Shown piece by piece: positions 17,688 to 27,909 of a stretch of DNA of 64,000 bases; position 1 is the first letter of the stretch; each line of letters begins with the position of its first letter. The stretch is taken from the NCBI GenBank assembly GCA_902796595.1, contig CADBPM010000073.1, forward strand, positions 15,852 through 79,851, in the 5' to 3' direction. The position numbers were made by a program, and so were the translations under genes. Origin of the DNA: an uncultured Lachnospiraceae bacterium (GTDB lineage Bacteria; Bacillota; Clostridia; Lachnospirales; Lachnospiraceae). The notes under the pieces were generated by a model. It was not told where the DNA came from. It made no database searches and saw only the letters and a program-made list of their open reading frames with translations.

Positions 17688-18872
17688 ATGGATTCGATGC
17701 TTTCTCAGGAAGAGATTAATGCCCTCCTTAGTGGTGCCGGTGATGCGGGTGCGGCTGACAGTGGCAGTGCTGCTGCTGAAGATGATCCGTTATCAGCGGA
17801 GGAGAAGGATGCAATCGGTGAGATCAGTAATATCAGTATGGGTACTGCTGCAACCACCCTTTCTACTCTTCTTAATCAAAGAGTTAACATTACCACTCCG
17901 AGCGTGGCGATTTCCAACTGGGACGATATATCAAACACATACGAAAGACCGTGTGTATTTATCCAGATTTCCTATATCGAAGGTCTTGATGGCAACAATA
18001 TCCTTATCCTAAGGGAAAAGGATGTTAAGATCATAACAGATCTTATGATGGGAGGAGATGGTCACAATACAGAGGGAGAACTGACAGAGCTTCATCTTTC
18101 GGCTATCTGTGAGGCTATGAACCAGATGATGGGGTCCAGTGCGACTTCAATATCATCTGTACTTGAAAAGAAGGTAGATATAAGTCCTCCAACTGCAAGT
18201 CTTATAGATATGAATGATACGATTTCTTCAGACAACCTTGGAAAATTTCTCCAGGGGAGTTTCGTAAAAGTATCTTTCAGACTTGAAATCGGAGATCTTA
18301 TAGATAGTGAACTAATGCAGTTGTATCCGTTTGATTTTGCAAGAGACCTTTACAAAAAGTTCCTTGATTCAACGGATATCGGCGGTACTGCAGAGCCAGA
18401 TGCCGGAGCTGCTCCGCCTCCGCCGGCACCAGAACCGGCTCCTGCACCTGCAGCAGCTCCACAGGGAGCTTATGGTGCACCACCACAAGGGGCACCTTAT
18501 GCGGCACCACCGCAGGGAGCATATCCACCACCAGGAGCGTACGCTATGCCACAGCAACCTTATCCGCAGATGCAGCCGGTAAATGTAGCGCCTGCGCAGT
18601 TTGCTTCGTTTGATACTTCAGTTAATCCTATCATGATGCAGGAGAACATCGACCTTATCAAGGATGTTCCTCTTGAAGTTACAGTAGAACTTGGCAGGAC
18701 TAACAAAACTATAAGAGAAATACTTGATTTTTCACCTGGTACCATCATCGAGTTGAATAAGCTCGCTGGTGAGCCTATAGATGTTCTTGTAAACGGCAAA
18801 TATATTGCCAAGGGTGAAGTTGTTGTCATAGATGACAGCTTTGGTATCAGGATAACAGAAATAGTAAAGTAA
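17688..18872 (+). CDS. fliY: flagellar motor switch phosphatase FliY (CheC-like domain + Pro/Ala linker + FliN domain)
   Basis: N-terminal LSQEEINALL, a CheC-like domain (EKDAIGEISNISMGTAATTLS) and a C-terminal FliN/SpoA domain (VPLEVTVELGRTNKTIREILDFSPGTIIELNKLAGEPIDVLVNGKYIAKGEVVVIDDSFGIRITEIV). Confidence 0.9.
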   Translation: MDSMLSQEEINALLSGAGDAGAADSGSAAAEDDPLSAEEKDAIGEISNISMGTAATTLSTLLNQRVNITTPSVAISNWDDISNTYERPCVFIQISYIEGLDGNNILILREKDVKIITDLMMGGDGHNTEGELTELHLSAICEAMNQMMGSSATSISSVLEKKVDISPPTASLIDMNDTISSDNLGKFLQGSFVKVSFRLEIGDLIDSELMQLYPFDFARDLYKKFLDSTDIGGTAEPDAGAAPPPPAPEPAPAPAAAPQGAYGAPPQGAPYAAPPQGAYPPPGAYAMPQQPYPQMQPVNVAPAQFASFDTSVNPIMMQENIDLIKDVPLEVTVELGRTNKTIREILDFSPGTIIELNKLAGEPIDVLVNGKYIAKGEVVVIDDSFGIRITEIVK

Positions 18873-18912
18873 TATCGAGATCAATTGCCTGAAAGGCAGA
18901 ATGTGAGGAAAT

Positions 18913-19275
18913 ATGGCTAAGAATGTATTAATTTGTGATGATGCAGCTTTCATGAGGATGATGATCAAGGATATCCTTACAAAGAACGGCTATAATATTG
19001 CCGGAGAAGCTGAGAATGGCGTAAAAGCCGTTGAGAAGTACAATGAAACACATCCCGATCTTGTTATGATGGATATAACAATGCCTGAGATGGATGGTAT
19101 TCAGGCACTTAAGAAGATTAAGGAGACAGACCCTAAGGCTATCGTTATCATGTGTTCAGCAATGGGCCAGCAGGCGATGGTTATCGAGTCAATCCAGAAT
19201 GGAGCCAAGGACTTCATAGTTAAGCCTTTCCAGGCTGACCGAGTACTTGAAGCAGTAAAGAAAGCTGTTGGATGA
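18913..19275 (+). CDS. cheY: chemotaxis response regulator CheY
   Basis: 120-aa stand-alone REC domain (DD..., MMDITMPEMDG, KDFIVKPF) in the fliY-cheY-fliO position. Confidence 0.9.
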   Translation: MAKNVLICDDAAFMRMMIKDILTKNGYNIAGEAENGVKAVEKYNETHPDLVMMDITMPEMDGIQALKKIKETDPKAIVIMCSAMGQQAMVIESIQNGAKDFIVKPFQADRVLEAVKKAVG

Positions 19276-19654
19276 TATGCTGCTCCTTACAGCAAACGGT
19301 ATGTCTGTGATAAACAGTGTGGGAACGATAGTGGGGATGCTTGTCATCTTCATTATCATTCTCGCCGCTGCTTATTATACAGCTAAGTTTTTGGGGCAGA
19401 AGAGCGGATTTGCAGGACCATCAAGAAATCTTAAGGTTATTGAGACCTGCAGGTTGGCTCCTGACCGCTATTTGCAGATAGTAAGGGCGGGCAATGCATA
19501 TTATCTGATTGCTATTACCAGAAACAGTATCACGAAGATCGCAGAATTGCCAAAAGAAACGATTGAAGAATATCAGCCTGTCGCAGATGGACAGGGCAAG
19601 TTTCTTGATATTTTCAAGGAGCAGTTCAAAGACAAGTTCAATAAGAAGAAATAG
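19268..19654 (+). CDS. fliO: flagellar biosynthesis protein FliO/FliZ
   Basis: One TM ([17 protein letters not shown]) followed by the conserved [30 protein letters not shown]. It lies upstream of fliP. Start is TTG 19268 or ATG 19277. Confidence 0.8.
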   Translation: MDDMLLLTANGMSVINSVGTIVGMLVIFIIILAAAYYTAKFLGQKSGFAGPSRNLKVIETCRLAPDRYLQIVRAGNAYYLIAITRNSITKIAELPKETIEEYQPVADGQGKFLDIFKEQFKDKFNKKK

Positions 19655-19665
19655 GGCTGGTATAC

Positions 19666-20577
19666 ATGAAAATAAAACAGCATTCAACACGGATTTTTAA
19701 CTGGCTTGTGAAGAGCGTTGTTTTAGCAACTGTATTTGCCGCTCTTTTTTTTATTGAACCGGTTTATGCAAGTTCAAACAATACTCCGACACCAACTTAT
19801 GGTGATACAAGCTATACGCCTGTTTATGGTGGACAGTCTCAAAAGGACAATACCAATGATAACCTTGATCATACAAAAAGGCTTACCACAGGTACAAGCC
19901 CTTATGAGATAGGAATAAACCTCACCAGTAATACTGATGATACAAAGGGTCTTACAGCTAATCTAAGAATAGTCCTTGCCCTTACTATTATCGGACTGGC
20001 GCCGGCTATCCTTGTTATGCTTACATCATTTACAAGGATAATAGTGGTTTTGCATTTCCTTAGAAGTGCACTTTCAACGCAGACTGCTCCGCCTAATCAG
20101 ATTCTTATAGGGTTGGCACTTTTCCTGACATGGTTTATTATGTTTCCTACATTTTCCCAGATAAACACAGATGCGATCAAGCCTCTTGAAAATGGGACTA
20201 TCAGTGTGGAAGAGGCATTTGACAGGGGAATTAAGCCACTCAGAACTTTTATGTATAAGCAGACCAATACTAAAGACATCAAGCTTTTTGTGGATATAGC
20301 TGAAATAGAAAATGTCAAGGATATGGATGATATCCCGACGCATGTTCTTATTCCGGCATTTATAATAAGTGAGCTAAGAGCTGCATTTATCATTGGTTTC
20401 TGTTTGTATATTCCGTTTATAATCATAGACATGGTTGTATCGAGTGCCCTCATGTCGATGGGTATGATGATGCTTCCGCCGACGACCATATCCATGCCTT
20501 TCAAGATCCTGCTCTTTGTCATGGTAGATGGCTGGGATTTGGTTATTGGCAATGTGGTAAAGAGTTTCGTCAGATAG
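19666..20577 (+). CDS. fliP: flagellar export apparatus protein FliP (extended N-terminal region)
   Basis: Conserved core [41 protein letters not shown]...[18 protein letters not shown] signal-like N-terminus is followed by a ~60-aa extra N/T/S-rich segment. Confidence 0.9.
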   Translation: MKIKQHSTRIFNWLVKSVVLATVFAALFFIEPVYASSNNTPTPTYGDTSYTPVYGGQSQKDNTNDNLDHTKRLTTGTSPYEIGINLTSNTDDTKGLTANLRIVLALTIIGLAPAILVMLTSFTRIIVVLHFLRSALSTQTAPPNQILIGLALFLTWFIMFPTFSQINTDAIKPLENGTISVEEAFDRGIKPLRTFMYKQTNTKDIKLFVDIAEIENVKDMDDIPTHVLIPAFIISELRAAFIIGFCLYIPFIIIDMVVSSALMSMGMMMLPPTTISMPFKILLFVMVDGWDLVIGNVVKSFVR

Positions 20578-20588
20578 AGGAGTAAAAC

Positions 20589-20915
20589 GTGACTCAGGAT
20601 ACAGTTATAGATCTTGCAAGGAGTGCAGTATTTGTAGTTCTCAAGGTTTCGGCACCCATGCTTTTGGCGTCACTGACGATAGGTCTTGTTATCAGTCTTA
20701 TCCAGACTATCACGTCTATTCAGGAGGCTACGCTTTCGTTTGTCCCCAAACTTTTAGTGATAATGCTGATGCTTGTACTTACAGGGGGATGGATGTTCCA
20801 GACCATAGAAGAGTTTACAGTGGAATTGTTTAATAATTTTGGAAATTATATCCACGAGAGCGCCAGCGCGACAGGAAGTTTAAGTGTTTTAGCTTATATG
20901 TTCCGTCTCTTGTGA
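20589..20915 (+). CDS. fliQ: flagellar export apparatus protein FliQ
   Basis: Two-TM FliQ core (VLKVSAPMLLASLTIGLVISLIQTITSIQEATLSFVPKLLVIMLML) with a GTG start. At 108 aa it is ~20 aa longer at the C-terminus than the ~89 aa I expect. Confidence 0.85.
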   Translation: MTQDTVIDLARSAVFVVLKVSAPMLLASLTIGLVISLIQTITSIQEATLSFVPKLLVIMLMLVLTGGWMFQTIEEFTVELFNNFGNYIHESASATGSLSVLAYMFRLL

Positions 20916-20930
20916 GTTTAAGGAGTTTGT

Positions 20931-21710
20931 ATGCAATTGCAGTTTACCATTGAGAATCTTGAATATCTGCTTTTTATAGCAGCAAGGGTATCTGTTTTTG
21001 TGTTTACGGCTCCTTTTTTTAATTTTACAAGAAATATGATACCGCAAAGAATCAAGGCAGGCTTTGTCGTTTTTCTTTCAGTGATACTTTACTATGCGCT
21101 TCCTTATAATGAGGTTACTTATGTCGGTGTATGGGGATTTGCCGCAGAAGTGCTAAAAGAGGTTTTTGCGGGCGCTTTTATTGGCTTTATGACAAATGCA
21201 GTTATGAATATACTGTCATTTGCCGGTAGACTTATAGATATTGAGATAGGCTATTCAATGGTTACTCAGATGGACCCTCTGTTTATGGTGCAGACATCTA
21301 TTTCCGGCAACCTCTATACTTATCTTATAATGATGATGATGCTTGTGAGCGGGTTTCACAGGTGGATCATACAGGGATTTGTCGACAGCTTTGCAGTGAT
21401 ACCTATAGGACGGGTAAATGTTGCTGCAGACATATCCAAAGTAATGTTGACTTTCCTTGCTGATTATATCCTTATTTCGGTTGAAATATCCATGCCGATC
21501 TATGCGATGATACTTATTGTCAATATCGTTCTTGGTATTATGGCAAAGGTTGCACCGCAGATGAATATGTTCGTTGTAGGTATGCAGCTTAAGGTACTTG
21601 CCGGACTCGCAGTATTAACTCTTGTAATGCAGCTGTTACCTGGCGTTTCAGATTATATAATCAAAGAGATGGTAAAGATCATGCGTTTGGCAGTGGAGGC
21701 GATCAGATGA
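20931..21710 (+). CDS. fliR: flagellar export apparatus protein FliR
   Basis: 259-aa polytopic membrane protein with FliR-type motifs, between fliQ and flhB. Confidence 0.85.
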   Translation: MQLQFTIENLEYLLFIAARVSVFVFTAPFFNFTRNMIPQRIKAGFVVFLSVILYYALPYNEVTYVGVWGFAAEVLKEVFAGAFIGFMTNAVMNILSFAGRLIDIEIGYSMVTQMDPLFMVQTSISGNLYTYLIMMMMLVSGFHRWIIQGFVDSFAVIPIGRVNVAADISKVMLTFLADYILISVEISMPIYAMILIVNIVLGIMAKVAPQMNMFVVGMQLKVLAGLAVLTLVMQLLPGVSDYIIKEMVKIMRLAVEAIR

Positions 21711-22867
21711 CAGGATATAAACTCCGTTGCAATAGTGGACAAAGTGAGTTACAATATAAAAAAGAATTAAGATTTAAATATGATCTGCAGTTCTTTGCCG
21801 GTGACGATAAGACTGAGCCTGCAACACCAAAGCACCTTGAAGATGCCAGAAAAGAAGGTCGTGTTGCAAAGAGTCAGGATCTTAACAGCGGGATTTCTCT
21901 GCTTATGGCTTTTGTTGCCATTAAGCTTTTTGGACTTTTCACTGGTGGCATTTTTAAGAACAGTTTTGAGTTTTTTTACAATATGATGCCGTCACTGACG
22001 CACAATGAATTCACGTCGCAGACAAGTGCAAGAATCTTGTCAAATGCCATTATCATGGTAATTATCGGCGTGATTCCGTACCTTTTGGTTTTATATTTGG
22101 TTTCTTTAGTACAGAATGTTATGCAGTTTGGCTTCAAGGTAACACCGAAAGCCGCAGAGCCAAAATTAAGCAAACTTAATCCTATAAACGGTGTCAAGAG
22201 GATATTCTCTCTTGATAAGGTTATGGAGCTTTTAAGATCAGTTCTGAAAATCGGAGTGACTTTTCTTATCGTGTTTAATGATATCAAGGCGAGTGCCGAG
22301 ATCATTTTCAATATGTATGATATGCCTCTTTTTCAGACAATGAGTGAAGTGTTCACCTTCGTAATAAATACAGGCATAAAGATTAGCGCTGTGTTTACTC
22401 TGATAGGCTTTGCAGACCTTTTTTATCAGAAATGGAAATTTAAGCATGACCTTCGAATGAGTAAGCAGGAAGTAAAGGATGAATATAAAAACGATGAAGG
22501 TGATCCTCAGGTAAAAGGTCAGATAAAACAGAAAATGCGTGAAGCAAGCAGGCGTAGGATGATGCAGGAGATACCAAAGGCAGACGTTGTCATTACAAAC
22601 CCTACACATTTTGCAGTTGCGCTCACCTATGACAAGGACAGGGCTCCGGCTCCTATGGTTGTTGCCAAGGGTGCAGATTATCTGGCTCAGAAGATAAAGG
22701 AAACGGCAAGGGAAAGCAATGTTGAAATAGTTGAGAACAGACCGCTTGCCCGTATGCTGTATTACAATGTGGAAATAGGTGACCAGATACCTCCTGAATT
22801 ATATCAGATGGTTGCAGAGGTTTTGGCTTATGTATATAAAGTTAAAAATAAGGTAGTTACTGAATAG
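21707..22867 (+). CDS. flhB: flagellar export switch protein FlhB
   Basis: FAGDDKTEPATPKHLEDARKEGRVAKSQDL N-motif, four TMs and the NPTH autocleavage site (VVITNPTHFAVAL). ATGA overlap with fliR. Confidence 0.95.
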   Translation: MTGYKLRCNSGQSELQYKKELRFKYDLQFFAGDDKTEPATPKHLEDARKEGRVAKSQDLNSGISLLMAFVAIKLFGLFTGGIFKNSFEFFYNMMPSLTHNEFTSQTSARILSNAIIMVIIGVIPYLLVLYLVSLVQNVMQFGFKVTPKAAEPKLSKLNPINGVKRIFSLDKVMELLRSVLKIGVTFLIVFNDIKASAEIIFNMYDMPLFQTMSEVFTFVINTGIKISAVFTLIGFADLFYQKWKFKHDLRMSKQEVKDEYKNDEGDPQVKGQIKQKMREASRRRMMQEIPKADVVITNPTHFAVALTYDKDRAPAPMVVAKGADYLAQKIKETARESNVEIVENRPLARMLYYNVEIGDQIPPELYQMVAEVLAYVYKVKNKVVTE

Positions 22868-22884
22868 ACCCGGGGGAACTTTTA

Positions 22885-24927
22885 ATGAAAAAAATTCTTG
22901 GTGCAGATATAATGCTCGGTGCCTTTACCTTGATGATCATTATCATGTTCATCATACCTATACCGAGTTTTTTGCTCGATGTTTTTCTTGCGTTGAACCT
23001 TGCACTGGCAATGACGGTATTGTTCAACTCTATGTTCAGTAAAGAAGCACTGGATATGAGTACATTTCCGACTATCCTTCTTCTTACCACAATCTTCAGG
23101 ATCTCTCTTAATGTCTCCTCAACGAAACTTATCCTTATCACAGGAGATCCTGGTAACGTAGTAAGAACATTTGGTAATTTCGTTGGTGGCGGCAATCTTA
23201 TAGTTGGTGTCATAGTTTATTTTATCATAATAATAATTCAGTTTGTAGTCATAAATAAGGGTTCTGAAAGAGTTGCAGAAGTACAGGCAAGATTTACCCT
23301 CGATGCTATGCCTGGTAAGCAGATGGCAATCGACGCAGACCTTAATTCTGGTGCTATAACAGATGAGCAGGCAAAAGAACGCAGACAGAAGATTCAAGAT
23401 GAATCAGCCTTCTTCGGTTCTATGGATGGTGCCAGCAAGTATGTAAAAGGGGATGCTACCGCCGGTCTTATTATTTCTGCAATAAACTTTGTCGGCGGTC
23501 TTGTAATGGGTATCTTGCAGAGAGGTATGGATGCCCAGACAGCACTTGATACATTTGCGATACTTACGATAGGTGATGGTCTTGTTTCTGCGATTCCATC
23601 CCTTCTCATATCGCTTTCAACAGGTATTCTTGTTACCAAGGTAAGTCGCGAGGCAGATCTTGGCGGTGTGCTTGTAAAGCAGCTTTTTTCAATACCGAAG
23701 GTTTTACTTATGGTTGGTGCGGCTCTTATCCTCTTTGGTATAGCTACACCGCTTAACACAGTACTCTTTGTTGTCCTTGGTATAATAATAGTTATAGTAA
23801 GCAGAAGAATTGATGCAAATCTTGGCACGGAACAGGTGGAAGAAGAGGCAGTTCAGGAAGAAGTTCAGGCGGAAGAGATCAGAAAGCCGGAAAATGTCAA
23901 TTCTCTTCTTCAGGTGGATCCTATCGAGCTGGAATTTGGATATGGTATCATTCCGCTTGCAGATGTGAACCAGGGTGGCGACCTTCTTGACAGAGTTGTC
24001 ATGATAAGAAGGCAGATTGCCTTGGAGCTTGGATGTGTTGTTCCTATTATCCGACTGAGAGATAACATACAGCTTAATCCTAATCAGTATGTGATAAAGA
24101 TTAAGGGAGTGAAGGTGGCAGAAGGTGAGATCTTGTTTGACCATTATATGGCCATGAATCCGGGATATGTAGAAGAGGAGATTTCCGGTATTCCTACATT
24201 TGAACCATCATTCCATCTTCCTGCGATCTGGATAACGGAAAATCAGCGTGAGAGGGCAGAGACACTTGGCTATACCGTAGTAGATCCACCTTCGATAATC
24301 GCAACGCATATTACTCAGATAGTGAGGGATCATATTTGGGAACTTCTTACAAGACAGGATGTGCAGAACCTTATCAACAATATCAAGGAAAAGGACGAGG
24401 CACTTGTCGGAGAACTTGTACCGAAGCTTCTTTCTGTTGGTGAGATACAGAAGGTTCTTCAGAATCTGCTTAAGGAAAATATTTCTATCAGAGATCTGGT
24501 CACGATATTGGAGACTCTGGCAGATTATGCCCCGACTACTCATGATACAGATGTACTTACTGAGTATGTAAGGCAGAGCTTAAAGAGGGCTATTTCTGAA
24601 AAGTATTTCCCTCAGGGTGAAATGACGAGCGTTATCACGCTTGACCCTAATACTGAACAGCAGATCATGGATTCTGTAAAGCAGACGGAGCAGGGAGCTT
24701 ATATAACACTTGATCCGCCTAAGGCACAGAAGATAATAGACTCAGTAAAACAGGAAGTGGACAAGCTTGATAAATTGGGAAAGACTCCTATAATTATGAC
24801 GAGCCCTATAGTCCGTATGTATTTTAAAAAGCTTACAGAAGACTATTTCAGGGATCTTGTTGTTCTCTCATATAACGAGGTGGAGAATAACGTTGAATTA
24901 CAATCTGTGGGGATGGTAACAGCATGA
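22885..24927 (+). CDS. flhA: flagellar export gate protein FlhA
   Basis: 680 aa with the conserved FHIPEP region (RFTLDAMPGKQMAIDADLNSGAITDEQAKERR...GASKYVKGDA) and a C-terminal cytoplasmic domain. Confidence 0.95.
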   Translation: MKKILGADIMLGAFTLMIIIMFIIPIPSFLLDVFLALNLALAMTVLFNSMFSKEALDMSTFPTILLLTTIFRISLNVSSTKLILITGDPGNVVRTFGNFVGGGNLIVGVIVYFIIIIIQFVVINKGSERVAEVQARFTLDAMPGKQMAIDADLNSGAITDEQAKERRQKIQDESAFFGSMDGASKYVKGDATAGLIISAINFVGGLVMGILQRGMDAQTALDTFAILTIGDGLVSAIPSLLISLSTGILVTKVSREADLGGVLVKQLFSIPKVLLMVGAALILFGIATPLNTVLFVVLGIIIVIVSRRIDANLGTEQVEEEAVQEEVQAEEIRKPENVNSLLQVDPIELEFGYGIIPLADVNQGGDLLDRVVMIRRQIALELGCVVPIIRLRDNIQLNPNQYVIKIKGVKVAEGEILFDHYMAMNPGYVEEEISGIPTFEPSFHLPAIWITENQRERAETLGYTVVDPPSIIATHITQIVRDHIWELLTRQDVQNLINNIKEKDEALVGELVPKLLSVGEIQKVLQNLLKENISIRDLVTILETLADYAPTTHDTDVLTEYVRQSLKRAISEKYFPQGEMTSVITLDPNTEQQIMDSVKQTEQGAYITLDPPKAQKIIDSVKQEVDKLDKLGKTPIIMTSPIVRMYFKKLTEDYFRDLVVLSYNEVENNVELQSVGMVTA

Positions 24928-26189
24928 TAATCAAGAAATATGAAGCGGAGACCGAAGAAGACGCTATAAAGCAGGCTCGCGATGAGCTTGGTAAAGACGC
25001 CGTGGTCATGAACATAAAAACTACCAAACCAAAAGGTTTCCTCAAATTTATGAGGAAGTCTGTTGTCGAGGTGACTGCAGCTGTCGATGAAAATCCGAAA
25101 AGTAAAGAGCCTAAAACAGGAGGCGTTCCTTTTCATTCTGCACCGGTAAGGGATAGAGAACAGGAAGTTTCTGCTATTGAAAAGAAGCTTAACAGCCTTC
25201 AGGAACTTTTGGAGGCTCAGATGATGGGAAATGCAAAAAACGCTGCACTTGTGAAAGAGGAAGCACAGACAAATTCTGAGCATATATCTCAAATACCTCT
25301 TTCAGATCCTGAGGAGATTAAGACAGAAGAAAACGAGGTCCCGGCGCCATGGGATATGCAGTCAGACGGGAAGGTCTCAAAGGCAAGTGAACCTTCAAGA
25401 CTGAGTTCCTGCATGAATCTTATCTACAGTCAGTTACTTAATAATGAGGTCGATGAAAAATATATCAATGACCTTACAAGTGAGCTCAATTCCTCGATTA
25501 GAAAGGATGCTCAGGTAGATCAGATACTTGGTGCCGTTTATCAGAAAATAGTGCTTAAGCTTGGCGCACCGGAGACAATAGAACTTACTCCCGGCAAAAC
25601 AAAATATGTGTTTTTTGTAGGACCTACAGGTGTCGGTAAAACAACGACTATAGCAAAGATCGCAAGCGAACTTAAGATAAATCAGGGAGCGGATGTAGCA
25701 CTTCTTACTGCGGATACATACAGGATCGCCGCAGTTGACCAGCTTCGTACCTATGCCAATATCCTTGGTATACCTCTTTCGATTGTCTATTCTGCAAGCG
25801 AGATTTCAGATATGAAGGCTGAGCTTGACAAACATGATGTAGTGCTTATTGATACTGCTGGACGTTCGGACAAGAGCATGGAACAGATAAATGACATCAA
25901 GATGATGTTAAGGACTATTCCTGATGAGCACAAGGAAACATACCTTGTTTTATCTGCTACGACAAAATACAGGGATCTTGTTAGAACTGCAAGTGTATAC
26001 AGAGAACTTACAGACATCAGGCTTATTTTTACAAAGTTAGACGAAACAAGTACGATCGGCAGTATTTATAATATCAGACTGCTTACTGGAGCACCTCTTT
26101 CGTATACTACATTCGGACAGAATGTTCCGAATGATATAGGAAAGGCAGATGCACAGGACATAGCAAAGCAGCTTTTAAGCGGAGCATAA
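24924..26189 (+). CDS. flhF: flagellar SRP-type GTPase FlhF
   Basis: N-terminal MIIKKYEAETEEDAIKQARDELG and an SRP-like G domain (GPTGVGKTTTIAKIA, DTAGRS, TKLDET). ATGA overlap with flhA. Confidence 0.9.
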   Translation: MIIKKYEAETEEDAIKQARDELGKDAVVMNIKTTKPKGFLKFMRKSVVEVTAAVDENPKSKEPKTGGVPFHSAPVRDREQEVSAIEKKLNSLQELLEAQMMGNAKNAALVKEEAQTNSEHISQIPLSDPEEIKTEENEVPAPWDMQSDGKVSKASEPSRLSSCMNLIYSQLLNNEVDEKYINDLTSELNSSIRKDAQVDQILGAVYQKIVLKLGAPETIELTPGKTKYVFFVGPTGVGKTTTIAKIASELKINQGADVALLTADTYRIAAVDQLRTYANILGIPLSIVYSASEISDMKAELDKHDVVLIDTAGRSDKSMEQINDIKMMLRTIPDEHKETYLVLSATTKYRDLVRTASVYRELTDIRLIFTKLDETSTIGSIYNIRLLTGAPLSYTTFGQNVPNDIGKADAQDIAKQLLSGA

Positions 26190-26220
26190 CCGTTAAAGGA
26201 TTGGATTACAGGTATAGGAC

Positions 26221-27117
26221 ATGGATCAGGCACAGAATCTGAGAAACATTATAAAAAAAGACAATATAAAGCCGGTGTCTAAGGCAAGAGTGATTACTGT
26301 CACAAGTGGCAAAGGGGGAGTTGGTAAGTCTTCTATTTCGATTAATCTTGCCATAACTTTTGCAAGAAGAGGTAAGAAGGTTATCATTCTTGACGCAGAC
26401 TTCGGACTGGCGAATATAGAGGTGATGCTTGGTATAAGACCTCAATATTCTCTTGCAGATCTTATGTTTCGTGGCAAGAGTCTGACGGACATAATCTGCG
26501 AAGGACCGGAAGGTGTTGGATTTATTTCGGGTGGTTCGGGTATTCAGGAAATGCTCGACCTCACACAGGATCAGTTATTAAATCTGACAAGGAGACTGTC
26601 GGAACTTGATGATCGGGCAGATATTGTTATAATAGATACAGGAGCAGGCATTTCTGAAAGTGTTATGGAATTTGTAATGCTTTCAGAAGAGATCCTGCTT
26701 GTTGCAACACCTGAACCGACAAGTATAACTGATGCTTATGCACTCCTAAAAACATTTGGCAGAAAACCTGACTATATGAGGGTGAACAGTAAGGTTGAGC
26801 TTATAGCAAACAGAGTAAGCAATGCTGAAGATGGAATGGAACTTTACCAGAAGCTTTCATCGGTTTCGGAGAAATTCCTTGATATCTCGCTAAAATACAT
26901 GGGAGCGATACCATTTGACAAGAATATCTCAAAGGCAGTCATGCAGCAGAAGCCAATTGCTCAGTCTTATCCGAATTCGCCGGCATACGCGGCAATAGAG
27001 GATATAGCAGACAGAGTACTTGGAGATAAGGTGTTTGACCTGTCACGGCAAAGGAAAGGTCTTGCAGAGCTTTTTATGGAAGTTTTCCGAAGAGCGGTGA
27101 AAAAGAGCGAGGAGTAA
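26221..27117 (+). CDS. flhG: MinD/ParA-type ATPase FlhG (YlxH)
   Basis: Deviant Walker A SGKGGVGKSS and a MinD-like fold, directly after flhF. Confidence 0.85.
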   Translation: MDQAQNLRNIIKKDNIKPVSKARVITVTSGKGGVGKSSISINLAITFARRGKKVIILDADFGLANIEVMLGIRPQYSLADLMFRGKSLTDIICEGPEGVGFISGGSGIQEMLDLTQDQLLNLTRRLSELDDRADIVIIDTGAGISESVMEFVMLSEEILLVATPEPTSITDAYALLKTFGRKPDYMRVNSKVELIANRVSNAEDGMELYQKLSSVSEKFLDISLKYMGAIPFDKNISKAVMQQKPIAQSYPNSPAYAAIEDIADRVLGDKVFDLSRQRKGLAELFMEVFRRAVKKSEE

Positions 27118-27120
27118 ACT

Positions 27121-27894
27121 ATGGCAGGCAATAAGGTTGAAGTAGGGAACAGAGTCACTGTTGAAAGAATAAATAAAACAGATTTTCCTGAAGTAAAAGA
27201 TGAATTGGTCAGCAAAGTACTTGAATATGACGGCGACAGGAAAATGAAGATTGCCATGCCAATGGTCAAATATAAGAATATTTACCTTGAGCCGGATGAG
27301 GAATGCACCTTGTTTTTTTATTCAAAAGACAGCATATTTGGTGCAAAGGGCGTTGTAACCGACAGGAATTATGAGGGAAATATAGCTATCTGCGGCGTGA
27401 AGCTTTCAACAAAGCCGGAAAAGATGCAGAGAAGGCAGTTTTACAGGATCAACTGCAGTCTTGGAGTCCAGACACATCTTCTTTCTGAGGAAGAAGAAAA
27501 AGTTATAAGTGAAATAAATGTTGGTTCAAGGATTGGTGTAGAGAGACTTAATGAGTATCTTGATATGCTCGCTGAGACGGTGCCTGACTGGGAAGAAGAT
27601 GATGTCATTGACCTTTCAGGGGGCGGTATCAGATTTTTGTCAGATGACCAGAAAGATAAGGATAAGATGTATCTTATGGCTATGCAGTTGAAAGATGATG
27701 TAACAGTAAAAGAATATCATATCCTTCTTAAAATAGTGGCAAGTGAAAAAAGAATTATAAATGGCATAATCAGGTATGAAAATAGAGCTAAATATGTTAA
27801 ACTTAAAGAAAAGGACAGAGAACAGATCGTAAAATTCGTATTTGAGATTGATCGTAGAATAAGACAGCACAAGAGCGGAACAGATCTGAATTAG
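27121..27894 (+). CDS. PilZ-domain c-di-GMP receptor (YcgR/MotI-type flagellar brake candidate)
   Basis: RRQFYR (aa 104-109; nt 27430-27447) and DLSGGG (aa 164-169; nt 27610-27627) match the PilZ RxxxR and D/NxSxxG motifs. The N-terminal ~100 aa resemble a PilZN-type beta barrel. Confidence 0.75.
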   Translation: MAGNKVEVGNRVTVERINKTDFPEVKDELVSKVLEYDGDRKMKIAMPMVKYKNIYLEPDEECTLFFYSKDSIFGAKGVVTDRNYEGNIAICGVKLSTKPEKMQRRQFYRINCSLGVQTHLLSEEEEKVISEINVGSRIGVERLNEYLDMLAETVPDWEEDDVIDLSGGGIRFLSDDQKDKDKMYLMAMQLKDDVTVKEYHILLKIVASEKRIINGIIRYENRAKYVKLKEKDREQIVKFVFEIDRRIRQHKSGTDLN

Positions 27895-27909
27895 AAAGGT
27901 TAGAAAGAA

